The notes: generated from the letters alone by a model not told the origin. DNA of 64,000 bases from Thermoanaerobaculia bacterium (GCA_035544675.1 DATKCA010000239.1:7703-71702); one strand, 5' to 3'. Shown: positions 9,032 to 18,826, counted from the first letter of the stretch. A program made the numbers and translations.

Positions 9032-9900
9032 TGCAACCGGAGCGACTGCAGAAAATCATCGCCCACGCCGGCTTCGCGTCTCGGCGAGAGGCAGAAACGA
9101 TGATCCGGGAAGGGCGGGTGACTGTGAACGGTCGCGTGGTCACCGCTCTCGGCTCCCGCGCCGACGCCGGCAGCGATCACATCAAGGTCGACGGCAGGCT
9201 GGTCACCCGCGCCGAGACCCATCGCTACATCCTCCTGTACAAGCCGAAGGAAGTGATGACCACGGTCGAGGATCCGCAGGGACGGCGCACCGTGATCGAG
9301 CTGGTGCGCGGAGTACGCGAGCGCATTTACCCCGTCGGCCGGCTGGACTACCACTCGGAAGGCCTGGTGCTGCTCACCAACGACGGCGACCTGGCGTTCA
9401 AGGTCTCGCACCCAAAACACGGATCGGTGAAGACCTATCACGTGAAGGTCCGCGGCGTGCCCGAGCAGCGTCTGGTCGAGAAGCTCGAGCGCGGCATCAC
9501 CATCGAGGGAAAGCGAACGCTCCCCACCGAGATCGAGCGCATGAAGACGACGGGCAAGAGCGACGACGAAGGCAACAGCTGGTTCGAGGTCAAGCTGCGT
9601 GAAGGCCGCACCCATCAGATCCGCAAGATGTTCCAGGCCGTCGGTCATCCCGTCTCGAAGCTCAAGCGCGTCGCCATCGGACCGATCAGCGATCCGAAGC
9701 TGACGCCGGGAGTGTGGCGCGAGCTCACCAAGCAGGAAGTGAAGATGCTGGCCACGATGAAAGAGCAGAAGCCGGTGAAGCGGCGGACGACCAAGCCGCC
9801 ACAGTCGCGGAAGAAGAGTGGGAAGGCCGTCGCATCGGCAGCCGGCAAGCGGCGCTCCACCGGCACGCGCGGCGCACGCCGCTCGACGCGTTCACGGTAG
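9028..9900 (+). CDS. rluB: 23S rRNA pseudouridine synthase (RluB/RsuA family) with a basic C-terminal tail
   Basis: S4 domain (RLQKIIAHAGFASRREAE), catalytic GRLDYHSEGL motif and a lysine/arginine-rich tail. Confidence 0.85.
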   Translation: MMQPERLQKIIAHAGFASRREAETMIREGRVTVNGRVVTALGSRADAGSDHIKVDGRLVTRAETHRYILLYKPKEVMTTVEDPQGRRTVIELVRGVRERIYPVGRLDYHSEGLVLLTNDGDLAFKVSHPKHGSVKTYHVKVRGVPEQRLVEKLERGITIEGKRTLPTEIERMKTTGKSDDEGNSWFEVKLREGRTHQIRKMFQAVGHPVSKLKRVAIGPISDPKLTPGVWRELTKQEVKMLATMKEQKPVKRRTTKPPQSRKKSGKAVASAAGKRRSTGTRGARRSTRSR

Positions 9901-9908
9901 GAACTTCT

Positions 9909-10589
9909 GTGACCGCCCCCCTCATCGTGGCCATCGACGGCCCTTCAGGCGTGGGAAAGAGCACCACGAGCAGGATGGTGGCCCGCGAGCTGAACATCCC
10001 GCACATCGACACCGGCGCCATGTACCGGGCCATCGGGCTGGCCGCCAAGCGGGCCGGAGCCGGCTTTCGCGATGCCACCGCGCTCGAGCGCATTGCCGGC
10101 GCCGCCGGCATCGAGTTCGTCCCTGGCGAGACACCGCGGGTCCTGCTCGACGGGGAAGACGTCACATCCCTGCTCCGCACGCCGGAGATCAGCATGGCCG
10201 CGAGCGATGTCTCTGCAGTACCGGCAGTTCGCCGCGTCCTGGTCCGTCTGCAGCAGCAGTTGGGGCGGCGGGCCGGGGGGGTCCTGGAGGGGCGGGACAT
10301 CGGCACCGTGGTCTTTCCGGAGACCCCGCACAAGTTCTTCCTCACCGCGACCGCGCAGGTGCGCGCGGAACGGCGCTATCGCGAGCTGGTGGCCAGGGGG
10401 ACGCCGGTGGCCTTCGAGACTGTGCTCGGCGAGACCACCCGGCGCGACGAGCAGGACTCGTCGAGAGAGGACTCGCCGCTCACCTATGACGCAAGCTACA
10501 CGGTCATCGACACTTCGGAGCTCACGATCCCCGAAGTAGTGGACGTCATCGTTCAATCGGTCCGGGAAAGGATGAAGGATGAAGGCTGA
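9909..10589 (+). CDS. cmk: Cytidylate kinase
   Basis: P-loop IAIDGPSGVGKST and CMP-binding DTGAMYR motif; GTG start. The last codons (MKDEG-stop) are supplied by the downstream AAGGATG heptamer element. Confidence 0.85.
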   Translation: MTAPLIVAIDGPSGVGKSTTSRMVARELNIPHIDTGAMYRAIGLAAKRAGAGFRDATALERIAGAAGIEFVPGETPRVLLDGEDVTSLLRTPEISMAASDVSAVPAVRRVLVRLQQQLGRRAGGVLEGRDIGTVVFPETPHKFFLTATAQVRAERRYRELVARGTPVAFETVLGETTRRDEQDSSREDSPLTYDASYTVIDTSELTIPEVVDVIVQSVRERMKDEG

Positions 10590-10650
10590 AGGCTGAACGC
10601 GTGGAAGTTATTCATCTTTCATCCTGCATCCTTCATCCTTCAAACCCCTC
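10566..10650. repeat. AAGGATG-heptamer palindrome overlapping the cmk 3' end
   Basis: AGGATGAAGGATGAAGGCTGAAGGCTGAA ... TTCATCTTTCATCCTGCATCCTTCATCCTTCAAACCC, with the spacer CGCGTGGAAG that is shared with the copy at 18745-18825. Confidence 0.75.
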
Positions 10651-10655
10651 GTTCC

Positions 10656-10684
10656 TTGACGGTGTTCGTCCCCCCCGCTAAACT
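10656..10684 (+). promoter_or_regulatory. Putative sigma70-type promoter for rpsA
   Basis: TTGACG, a 17-nt spacer, then TAAACT, about 105 nt upstream of the rpsA ATG. Confidence 0.45.
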
Positions 10685-10790
10685 CCCGATTTCGGCGCGT
10701 ATCAACAATTTACGTTGATTTCCAGCCGCGCAAGCCGCCGGAGGGAGCCACTCTTTTGCCCCCCGGCCGCCAGGGAGGTTTCGCGAGTTC

Positions 10791-12509
10791 ATGGCGTCCC
10801 AAGACGATCCGAAGAAGCCGCCGCAGCCGTCGCGTCCGGCGGACGCCAGTAACAATCTGGAAGGCCTTGGCATGGAGGAGCTTCTCGACCTCTATGACAA
10901 GAAGATGGCGACATTTGCAGAGGGCGAGATCGTCCGCGGCCGCGTCGTCAAAGTCACTGCCTCCGAGGTGGTCGTCGATATCGGTTACAAGTCGGAGGGG
11001 TTGCTTCCGATCAACCAGGTCACCGGCTACGACGGGACGGTCAAGATCAAGGCAGGCGACGAGATCGACGTTTTCGTCGAACGTCTAGAAGATGCATCAG
11101 GTTACGTCGCCCTCTCTCGGGAAAAAGCAGAGCGGATGCTGGTCTGGGACCGCATCGAGGCGGCCTTCAAGGCGGACGAGGCGATCACCGGTCGCGTGGT
11201 CGACCGCGTGAAGGGCGGTCTCTCCGTCGATGTTGGTGGAATCAAAGCATTTCTGCCCGGCTCCCTCATCGACACCAAGCCGATCAAGAACCTCGACGCG
11301 CTGCGCGGACAGGAGCATCGGTTCAAGATCGTCTCCTTCGACAAGAAGCGGGCGAACGTCGTTCTGTCGCGCCGGGCCATCGTCGAGGTCGAGCAGCAGG
11401 CCCAGAAGCAGGTCACTTTCGGCCGGCTCGAGGAAGGGAAGCTGACGCACGGCGTGGTCAAGAACATCACCGACTACGGCGTATTCGTCGACCTGGGCGG
11501 GGTGGACGGGCTGCTCCACATCACCGACATCTCCTGGGGCCGGGTCAACCATCCCTCCGAGTACTTCAACGTCGGCGACGAGATCGAAGTGGTCGTCCTC
11601 CGCTTCGATCCGGCGGCCGAGCGCGTGTCCCTCGGCTACAAGCAGAAGACCCAGGACCCCTGGTCGGACGTGGTCCAGCGTTATCCGCTGGGCAGCAAAG
11701 TCGGCGGCAAGGTCGTCTCACTGGCCGACTACGGCGCGTTCGTCGAACTCGAGGAAGGCGTGGAAGGTCTCATCCACGTGAGCGAGATGTCGTGGACCAA
11801 GAAGGTCCGAAACCCGTCGAAGGTCCTCGCCGTGGGCGGACACATCGAGGCCGTTGTCTCCGACGTGAACATCCAGAACCGGCGGATCTCCCTGTCGCTG
11901 AAGGCGCTCGAGCAGAACCCCTGGGACACGATCGCGGAACGCTACCCGGTCGGAGCGGTCATCACGGGCAAGGTTCGCAACCTGACGGACTTCGGCGCAT
12001 TCGTGGAAGTCGAGGAAGGCATCGACGGCCTGATCCACATCTCCGACATGTCGTGGAACCGCCGCCTCAAGCACCCCAACGAGGTGCTGAAGAAGGGCGA
12101 CACCGTGCAGGCGCGGGTCATCAACGTCGACGGAGAGAACCAGCGGCTGTCGCTTTCCATCCGGGAGTTCCTGCCCAACGAGTGGGAGAACTTCGCGAAG
12201 GCGCACAATATCGGCGACGAGGTGATCGGTGGGATCGCCAAGATCACCGACTTCGGCCTGTTCATCCGCCTGGCCGAAGGTGTGGAGGGGCTGGCGCACG
12301 TTTCCGAGGTCCAGCGCGACGCGAAGGTGAAGCTCGACAAGATGTTCAAGCCGGGCGACGTGGTGCGGACCCGCATCATCAAGATCGATTCGGGCGAGCG
12401 GAAGATCGGACTGACCACGCGGGACGTGGAGCCGCTCACCGACGAAGAGCGCGCCAAACACGAGCCGCAGCACGTCGAAGAAGAACCTACCGAGCACGAC
12501 AATGTCTGA
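10791..12509 (+). CDS. rpsA: 30S ribosomal protein S1
   Basis: Six tandem S1 domains (repeated G.V......GAFV....G..GL.H.S...W pattern); 572 aa. Confidence 0.9.
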   Translation: MASQDDPKKPPQPSRPADASNNLEGLGMEELLDLYDKKMATFAEGEIVRGRVVKVTASEVVVDIGYKSEGLLPINQVTGYDGTVKIKAGDEIDVFVERLEDASGYVALSREKAERMLVWDRIEAAFKADEAITGRVVDRVKGGLSVDVGGIKAFLPGSLIDTKPIKNLDALRGQEHRFKIVSFDKKRANVVLSRRAIVEVEQQAQKQVTFGRLEEGKLTHGVVKNITDYGVFVDLGGVDGLLHITDISWGRVNHPSEYFNVGDEIEVVVLRFDPAAERVSLGYKQKTQDPWSDVVQRYPLGSKVGGKVVSLADYGAFVELEEGVEGLIHVSEMSWTKKVRNPSKVLAVGGHIEAVVSDVNIQNRRISLSLKALEQNPWDTIAERYPVGAVITGKVRNLTDFGAFVEVEEGIDGLIHISDMSWNRRLKHPNEVLKKGDTVQARVINVDGENQRLSLSIREFLPNEWENFAKAHNIGDEVIGGIAKITDFGLFIRLAEGVEGLAHVSEVQRDAKVKLDKMFKPGDVVRTRIIKIDSGERKIGLTTRDVEPLTDEERAKHEPQHVEEEPTEHDNV

Positions 12510-13521
12510 ATTCGAGCCAGAAAAACCGGATGGAGCGCGGGTGTCCCCACCCGCGCCCGCCCAGGAACCCGCGGGTGAGGACACCCGCGCCCCACAGGTC
12601 ATCGTGGAAGTGCCGGCGCCTCGCAAGTCGCGCACGGGGATGTTCTTCATCGGCGCCCTCAGCGGCTGCGCGTTCGTCGTCCTGGGCGGCCTGCTCCTCG
12701 TGCTGGCCGTGGCGGGCAGCCGGGGCGGCGGCGAGCTGAGTCTCAGCACGCAGAAGATCGCCATCATCACCATCGAAGGCGAGATCTTCGAATCGCGCGC
12801 CACCATCGAGGCCATCCACAGATACGCCAACAACGCGACGGTCAAGGGCATCGTCATGCGGATCAACAGTCCGGGGGGCGCCATCGCACCGTCGCAGGAG
12901 ATCTACTCGGAGATCCTGAAGACGAAGCGCAAGAGCGGCAAGCCGTTCGTGGCCTCCTTCGACACGGTCGCGGCCTCGGGCGGGTTCTACATCGCCGCGG
13001 CGTGCGATCGCATCGTCGCCAATCCGGGCTCGATCACGGGATCGATCGGCGTGATCCTGCAGTGGGTCGAGATCGAAGATCTGCTGCGCTGGGCCAGGAT
13101 GAATCCGGAGACCATCACCAGCGGAGCTCTCAAGGCCGCCGGCTCTCCTTTCAAAGAACTGAGCGAGCAGGAGAGGCAGTACCTCCAGCGCGTGGTCGTA
13201 CAGCTGCACACGCAGTTCGTCAAGGCCGTCGCTGCCGGCCGCCGCGGCAAGATCACCGAGGAGCAGGTGCAGGCGGTCGCGGATGGAAGGGTGTTCACGG
13301 GAGAAGAAGCGGTCACCCTGAAGCTCGTGGACGAACTGGGGAACCTCGACGACGCCGTGAACACGGCGGCTAAGCTGGCCGGGATCAAGGGCGATCCGGC
13401 CACGATTTACCCGCGGCGGCGCCAACCGACCCTGATCGATCTGCTCAGCGATGGCGGAGCGGACTCCATGATCGAACGAATCGTGAATCGCCGGGCAGCC
13501 CGGTTTCTCTACAAGTGGTAA
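12502..13521 (+). CDS. sppA: Signal peptide peptidase SppA (36K type)
   Basis: S49 motifs are present (IEGEI...MRINSPGGA...AASGGFYIAAACD..GSIGV). The start is ambiguous: ATG 12502 puts a family-B palindromic element in-frame, whereas GTG about 12604 or ATG about 12640 would leave the element intergenic. Confidence 0.75.
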   Translation: MSEFEPEKPDGARVSPPAPAQEPAGEDTRAPQVIVEVPAPRKSRTGMFFIGALSGCAFVVLGGLLLVLAVAGSRGGGELSLSTQKIAIITIEGEIFESRATIEAIHRYANNATVKGIVMRINSPGGAIAPSQEIYSEILKTKRKSGKPFVASFDTVAASGGFYIAAACDRIVANPGSITGSIGVILQWVEIEDLLRWARMNPETITSGALKAAGSPFKELSEQERQYLQRVVVQLHTQFVKAVAAGRRGKITEEQVQAVADGRVFTGEEAVTLKLVDELGNLDDAVNTAAKLAGIKGDPATIYPRRRQPTLIDLLSDGGADSMIERIVNRRAARFLYKW

Positions 13522-13607
13522 GCAGCGCGGCTGCAGAGTGTGAGGAGGCTACTGTGGAGCAAAACGACGATCTCGAACCGAACGACGGCAGCGCCAAAGC
13601 CGGAGTG

Positions 13608-13943
13608 ATGACCAAGGCGGAGCTGGTCGATGAAGTCGCGCGCGTCGTCCAGTTGACGAAGAAGCAGGCCGAGGCGATCGTCAACATCGTCTTCGACTCG
13701 ATCGTCGAATCTCTCCGCGCCGGGCAGAAAATCGAGCTCCGCGGCTTCGGAAGCTTCCGCCTGCGCAGCCGGAAGTCACGCACCGGACGCAACCCCAAGA
13801 CCGGCGAGAAGGTGGAAGTGCCGTCCAAGAAGATTCCGTATTTCAAGCCGGGCAAGGAGCTGAAGGAGCTCATCAACAAAGTCCTGTCGGACTCCCCGAG
13901 CGGCCCCGCGCCCAGCGCCGAGGAGCGGGCCGCCGGCGAGTAG
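13608..13943 (+). CDS. HU/IHF-family DNA-binding protein (IHF-beta-like) with a C-terminal extension
   Basis: MTKAELVDEVA...GFGSFRLRSRKSRTGRNPKTGEKVEVPSKKIPYFKPGKEL. An alternative GTG start lies at about 13554, after a GAGGAGG RBS. Confidence 0.7.
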   Translation: MTKAELVDEVARVVQLTKKQAEAIVNIVFDSIVESLRAGQKIELRGFGSFRLRSRKSRTGRNPKTGEKVEVPSKKIPYFKPGKELKELINKVLSDSPSGPAPSAEERAAGE

Positions 13944-14449
13944 TGCAGATTCTCTTCACCCCCTGGAGGTATTCATACTTGACCTCGCCCCGGAGCGAGA
14001 CGCCACAGGCATGCATCTTCTGCGCGGCCTCGACCTCGAAGGATCCCAGAGAGACTCTGACTCTGTTGCGCACTGATCGGGCTCTGGTGATGCTGAACCG
14101 TTACCCCTACACCAATGGGCATCTCATGATTGCCCCCGTGGCGCATGAGGCCCGCCTCTTCGACAGCGACGACGAGGCCCTGCGCGCGCTCATCGGACTC
14201 ACCGCCGAGGCGCAGCGGATCCTCTCGGACGTCTATCATCCGGACGGCTTCAACGTCGGCATGAACTTCGGGCAGGTCGCCGGCGCCGGCGTGGCCGATC
14301 ACTACCACATGCACATCGTTCCCCGCTGGAGCGGGGACTCGAGCTTCATGACCGTCACGGCGGGCACACGGCTGGTTCCCGAGGACCTCGGGACGACGTT
14401 CGAGAAACTGGAGCCGTATTTCAGCAGCGTCGGCAGAAACCGGTCATGA
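13943..14449 (+). CDS. HIT-family hydrolase
   Basis: Histidine triad HYHMHIVPRW; N-terminal ILFTPWRYSY motif; GTG start overlapping the upstream stop. Confidence 0.8.
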   Translation: MQILFTPWRYSYLTSPRSETPQACIFCAASTSKDPRETLTLLRTDRALVMLNRYPYTNGHLMIAPVAHEARLFDSDDEALRALIGLTAEAQRILSDVYHPDGFNVGMNFGQVAGAGVADHYHMHIVPRWSGDSSFMTVTAGTRLVPEDLGTTFEKLEPYFSSVGRNRS

Positions 14450-14817
14450 ATAAGCGCTCGATCGTCGCCATGGTCCTGGCATACCTCGTCCCCGGCGCCG
14501 GCCACTTCTACCTCGGCCACCGCGGCCGGGCTCTGGCGTTCTTCGCCATCGTGGTCCTCATGTTCGTGATCGGCCTGTCCATTGACGGGAACCTGTACAC
14601 CCTCCGGGAGAGCGGCCGCGCTCTTCTGAAGGTGCTGGCCAGCCTTGGCTCCATGGGTGCAGGGATCCTCTACTTCGTGGCGCGGGCGCTTGGCGATCAC
14701 GGCGACGTCACGTCCTTGACGTACGAGTACGGCACGACGTTCACGCTCACGGCAGGGCTGATGAACATGCTTCTGGTCCTGGACTGCTTCGACATCGCGG
14801 AAGGGCGGAAGCAATGA
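14446..14817 (+). CDS. Small integral membrane protein (hypothetical)
   Basis: Three predicted TM helices; translationally coupled to the HIT gene. Confidence 0.5.
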   Translation: MNKRSIVAMVLAYLVPGAGHFYLGHRGRALAFFAIVVLMFVIGLSIDGNLYTLRESGRALLKVLASLGSMGAGILYFVARALGDHGDVTSLTYEYGTTFTLTAGLMNMLLVLDCFDIAEGRKQ

Positions 14818-14999
14818 GCCTGCTGCGGAATCACATCGCGCTGATGTTCCTGTACGCGATCGGGACAGCCCTTTTTTTCACGCTCCTGTGGAAGACGGAC
14901 CGTCCCGAGCGCATTCGCTTCTTCCTCTTCGTCTTCATCTCTCTTTTCTTCGGCGGGATCGCACTCGGCTGGGTGATGTACCCGTTCCCGCTCAAATGA
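14814..14999 (+). CDS. Small 2-TM membrane protein (hypothetical)
   Basis: 61 aa and hydrophobic, coupled upstream and downstream with 4-nt overlaps. Confidence 0.4.
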   Translation: MSLLRNHIALMFLYAIGTALFFTLLWKTDRPERIRFFLFVFISLFFGGIALGWVMYPFPLK

Positions 15000-16099
15000 A
15001 ACTTGCCGTCGTCGCCGGCGAGGCCTCCGGCGACCTTCACGCGGCCGACGTGGTCCGCGAGCTCAGGAGACTCTCCGGGAACGTCGAGAGCTTCGGCATC
15101 GGCGGGGATCTGCTGGCGCGGCAGGGGACGCGCATCCTCCATCACGCGCGCGAGATGGGCATCGTCGGACTGTTCAACGTCGTCCGTCATCTCGGGATGT
15201 TCGCGCGGGTGTTCCGCGAGCTGATGGCTGCGATCGAGAGCGAGCGCCCCGACGTGGTGCTTCTGGTCGACTATCCGGACTTCAACCTGCGGGTGGCGCG
15301 CCGCTGCAAGAAGCTGGGACTGCGCGTGGTGTATTACATCTCACCGCAGCTGTGGGCCTGGCGGCGGGGCAGGGTCAAGGACATCGCCAGGGTCGTCGAC
15401 CACATGGTCGTGATCCTCCCCTTCGAGGAGGATCTCTACCGGCAGCACGGCGTGCCGGTGACGTACGTCGGCCATCCGCTGATCGAGCAGCTGGCGATGA
15501 TCCGCCGCGCCAGACCGAAGCCGGGGGTCCTGCGCACGGCGCTGCTGCCGGGGTCGAGGCGGATGGAAGTGCGCTCGCTGCTCCCGCCGATGCTGGACGC
15601 CGTCGAGATCCTGCGCCGCGATCACCAGGTCGAGGCCTACGTCATCCAGGCCCCCACCATCGACTACTACGATCTGGAAAAGGTCCTCAGACAGCGGAGG
15701 GCGGACATCCCCATCCTCCCGCACGATCGCGCCGAAGCGGTGTCGGCATCCGACGTGGCGCTCTCGTCGTCCGGCACAGCCACGCTCGAATGCGCGATCC
15801 TCGGCACTCCGGTGGTGGTGATGTACAAGCTGAGTGCGGCGACGTATCAGCTGGCCCGGCGGCTGGTCAGGCTGCCGCATTTCAGCCTGGTCAACATCAT
15901 CGCCGGACGCGAGGTCGTTCCGGAGCTGATCCAGGGAGAGGTCAACGGCGAGCGGATCGCGCAGGAGGTACGCTCGCTGCTCGCTCCCGAGCGGTATGCG
16001 AAGGTCGTGGAGGAGCTGCTCGAGGTGAAGGCCAGGCTGGGCGGGCCGGGCGCGAGCAGCCGCGCCGCCGAAGCGATAATGACCGTGGTGAACCGATGA
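14996..16099 (+). CDS. lpxB: Lipid-A-disaccharide synthase
   Basis: N-terminus KLAVVAGEASGDLHAA and GT19 family features; ATG overlaps the upstream stop. Confidence 0.85.
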   Translation: MKLAVVAGEASGDLHAADVVRELRRLSGNVESFGIGGDLLARQGTRILHHAREMGIVGLFNVVRHLGMFARVFRELMAAIESERPDVVLLVDYPDFNLRVARRCKKLGLRVVYYISPQLWAWRRGRVKDIARVVDHMVVILPFEEDLYRQHGVPVTYVGHPLIEQLAMIRRARPKPGVLRTALLPGSRRMEVRSLLPPMLDAVEILRRDHQVEAYVIQAPTIDYYDLEKVLRQRRADIPILPHDRAEAVSASDVALSSSGTATLECAILGTPVVVMYKLSAATYQLARRLVRLPHFSLVNIIAGREVVPELIQGEVNGERIAQEVRSLLAPERYAKVVEELLEVKARLGGPGASSRAAEAIMTVVNR

Positions 16100-18120
16100 A
16101 GGTGCTGCGCCGGCTCTACCGCTATCTCACGAGCTACAAGGCCTGGGCGGTCGTGGCCCTCGGCTCGATGCTGATCTTCGCGGCGACGCAGACCGCGCTG
16201 ATGGTCCTCATTCAGCCGCTCTTCGACGAGGTGCTGACGCCTCCCGGCGCGCGCGCCGCCGTCGCCGCGAACAAGCAGGAGACCACCAAACAGCGCATCA
16301 TCGACTCGGTCCTGAAACGCGATCTGCCCGAAGGCCGGCGCGGATTCTTCATCAATACCGTCGATCGGGCCGCGGGGAACTTCGATCGCTGGTGGAATGC
16401 CAAACCGGCCGAGAAATGGAAGAAGGTGCTGGCTGCGCTGCTGATGGTCTTCGTCATCCGCGCGTTCACCTCGTTCTTCGCCGAGTACGCATTTCAGATC
16501 GTCGGGCTCTCCACGGTCCGCGACCTTCGAAACCAGCTCTACGACCGAATCATCCATCAGAGCCATCGCTTCTTCTCGGAGCGATCGACCGGGGAGATGG
16601 TCAGTCGCGTAGTCTCCGATGCGGATGCCATTCAGGCCGCCGTCTCCACCAGGATGGGAGATCTCTTCCAGGAATCGATCACGCTCATCGGCCTGATCGT
16701 GTTCGTGTTCATCTCCAACACGGAGCTGGCCATCCTCAGCCTCATCGTGGCTCCGGTGATCGTGACGCCCGTGATCCAGTTCGGAAAGCGCCTGCGCGGG
16801 ACGACGCATCGCTCGCAGGAGCGCATGGCGGACATCGCCACGCTGCTGGAGGAGACGATTCGCGGCGTGCGCATCGTGAAGGCCTTCACGATGGAGCAAT
16901 TCGAGATCCGCCGCTTCCAGGAAGCCACCCGCCGCCACCTCAAGTCGAACCTGAGCGCCCAGCGCATTCAGGCTCTGACCTCGCCGGTCATGGAGCTGCT
17001 GGCCGGCCTGTGCATGCTCCTGCTGTTCCTCTACGCGCACCGGCGGATCGCGGACGGCACGCTGACCATCGGCCAGTTCGTCAGTTTCCTGGCCGCGCTG
17101 GCCGCGATGTATGCGCCGGTCAAGAAGCTGAACAAGGTCAACCTCTCCGTGAACACGGCCTTGTCCGCGGCCGAGCGGGTCTTTCGCATGCTCGACGTGG
17201 ACAACGAGGTCAAGGAGAAACCGGACGCGGCGGAGTTGAAGGCGGTGGGATCGGGTGTGCGGTATGAGAACGTGAGCTTCTCGTACAGCGCACGCCCCAC
17301 GTCCTCTTCCGGGGGGAGAGGGCTCGCCGAGAGCGGTGTGAGGGGAGAGAGCTCCCGCGAGAGCGCCGGTCCATCACCCGGCCCTTCGGGTCACCCTCTC
17401 CCGGAAGGGGGAGAGGCGGTTGTCGCATCCGTCCTGCGCAAGATCGAGATCACGGTGGCGCCGGGCGAGATCGTGGCGCTGGTCGGGGGAAGCGGCGCCG
17501 GCAAGTCGACGCTCGTCAACCTGCTGCCGCGGTTCTATGACGTGACGGCCGGCCGCATCACGATCGACGGGAAGGACGTCCGCGACGTGACGCTCCAGTC
17601 GCTGCGAGGGCTGATGGGCTTCGTCACGCAGGAAGTCGTCCTCTTCAACGACACCGTGCGCAACAACATCGCCTACGGCCGGGTGGACAGCGAAGAGGCC
17701 AGGGTGATCGCGGCGGCCCAGGCGGCCAATGCGCACGAGTTCATCGCCGCGCTGCCCGACGGCTACGACACGCAGATCGGGGAGGGCGGCGTGCTGCTCT
17801 CCGGCGGCCAGCGCCAGCGTCTGGCGATCGCCCGCGCGCTGTTCAAGGATCCGCCCATTCTCATCCTGGACGAGGCCACCTCGGCCCTCGACACCGAGTC
17901 GGAGCGACTCGTGCAGCAGGCTCTGAACAACCTCATGCTCGGCCGCACCACGCTCGTCATCGCCCACCGCCTCTCTACCATCCGTAGCGCGCACAAGATC
18001 GTGGTATTGGACAAGGGGGAGATCGCCGAGGTCGGCGGTCACGAGGAGCTGCTGGCGTTGCGCGGGATCTATCGAAAGCTGTATGACCTCCAGTTCGCCG
18101 AAGAGGGAGTGATCGCCTGA
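16096..18120 (+). CDS. msbA: Lipid A export ABC transporter (permease/ATPase) MsbA, with an atypical linker insertion of about 46 aa
   Basis: Six-TM exporter domain followed by an NBD (Walker [10 protein letters not shown], signature LSGGQRQR, Walker [13 protein letters not shown]). A G/S/R/E/P-rich insertion ([45 protein letters not shown]) sits between the FSY and VLRKIEI motifs and is encoded by a palindrome-rich segment at 17290-17425. Confidence 0.85.
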   Translation: MKVLRRLYRYLTSYKAWAVVALGSMLIFAATQTALMVLIQPLFDEVLTPPGARAAVAANKQETTKQRIIDSVLKRDLPEGRRGFFINTVDRAAGNFDRWWNAKPAEKWKKVLAALLMVFVIRAFTSFFAEYAFQIVGLSTVRDLRNQLYDRIIHQSHRFFSERSTGEMVSRVVSDADAIQAAVSTRMGDLFQESITLIGLIVFVFISNTELAILSLIVAPVIVTPVIQFGKRLRGTTHRSQERMADIATLLEETIRGVRIVKAFTMEQFEIRRFQEATRRHLKSNLSAQRIQALTSPVMELLAGLCMLLLFLYAHRRIADGTLTIGQFVSFLAALAAMYAPVKKLNKVNLSVNTALSAAERVFRMLDVDNEVKEKPDAAELKAVGSGVRYENVSFSYSARPTSSSGGRGLAESGVRGESSRESAGPSPGPSGHPLPEGGEAVVASVLRKIEITVAPGEIVALVGGSGAGKSTLVNLLPRFYDVTAGRITIDGKDVRDVTLQSLRGLMGFVTQEVVLFNDTVRNNIAYGRVDSEEARVIAAAQAANAHEFIAALPDGYDTQIGEGGVLLSGGQRQRLAIARALFKDPPILILDEATSALDTESERLVQQALNNLMLGRTTLVIAHRLSTIRSAHKIVVLDKGEIAEVGGHEELLALRGIYRKLYDLQFAEEGVIA

Positions 18121-18137
18121 AGCTCGGAAGCCGCCTG

Positions 18138-18754
18138 TTGCCGCTCATCACCGCGGGATTCCTCCGGGCGTTGCACGCCACCCTGAGGGTACGCCACGTG
18201 CGGCGCCGGCTCATTGATACGACACCGCAGTACATCCTCACGTTCTGGCACGCCCATGTGCTGCTGATGATTCATGCCGCTTTCAGACGTCCGATCTCGG
18301 CCCTGGTCTCGCAGTCGCGCGATGGCGAGATGATCGCCAGCGTGTTCGGCCATTACAAAGTGACGAGCGTTCGCGGCTCGAGCACACGGGGGGGCGGCCC
18401 GGCGCTGCGCGCTCTGATCCGAAGCGCGCGCGAGGGGAAGAACCTCGCCTTCACGCCGGATGGGCCGAAGGGACCGTCGCGGATCGTCAAGGAAGGCGTC
18501 ATCGTCACCGCCCAGCTGACCGGCCTCCCCATTCTGCCGGTCGCATTCGCGGCCAAAAAAAAAAGCTCCTGCGCACCTGGGATGGCATGGTCGTGGCGCT
18601 CCCGTTCTCCAGGGCCATCTTCCTCTACCATGCGCCGATCCACATCCCGCGCGACGGCGACCTCGAGGAGTGGAGAGCGCGCGTGGAGGGGGTGCTCAAT
18701 GACCTGGAGAGGGATGCCGAAACGAACTTCGATGCTCTCTGGTCCGAAGGATGA
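18138..18754 (+). CDS. DUF374 lysophospholipid-acyltransferase-like protein; the reading frame is disrupted at an A10 run and needs a -1 shift
   Basis: The N-terminus (LITAGFLRALHATLR...DGEMIA...FTPDGPKGPS) matches DUF374. After the A10 at 18555-18564 the as-read frame yields a non-homologous tail that runs into a repeat element. Shifting -1 gives KKLLRTWDGMVVALPFSRAIFLYHAPIHIPRDGDLEEW...ALWSEG, which is the conserved DUF374 C-terminus, with a stop at 18754. Confidence 0.7.
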
Positions 18755-18825
18755 AGGCGGAAGGATGAAGGATGAACGCGTGGAGAGGTCTCATCCTTCA
18801 TCCTTCAACCTTCATCCTTCCAACG
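18745..18825. repeat. AAGGATG-heptamer palindrome
   Basis: GAAGGATGAAGGCGGAAGGATGAAGGATGAA-CGCGTGGAGAGGTC-TCATCCTTCATCCTTCAACCTTCATCCTTCC. Confidence 0.75.
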
Positions 18826-18826
18826 C

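Noticed and set aside
15352-16095. N-terminal extensions of the msbA ORF (15352..) and the priA ORF (22225..22599)
   Set aside because: The extensions overlap lpxB and the UDG gene in other frames and are Arg/Gly/Pro-rich. The conserved protein N-termini begin at ATG 16096 and ATG 22600.
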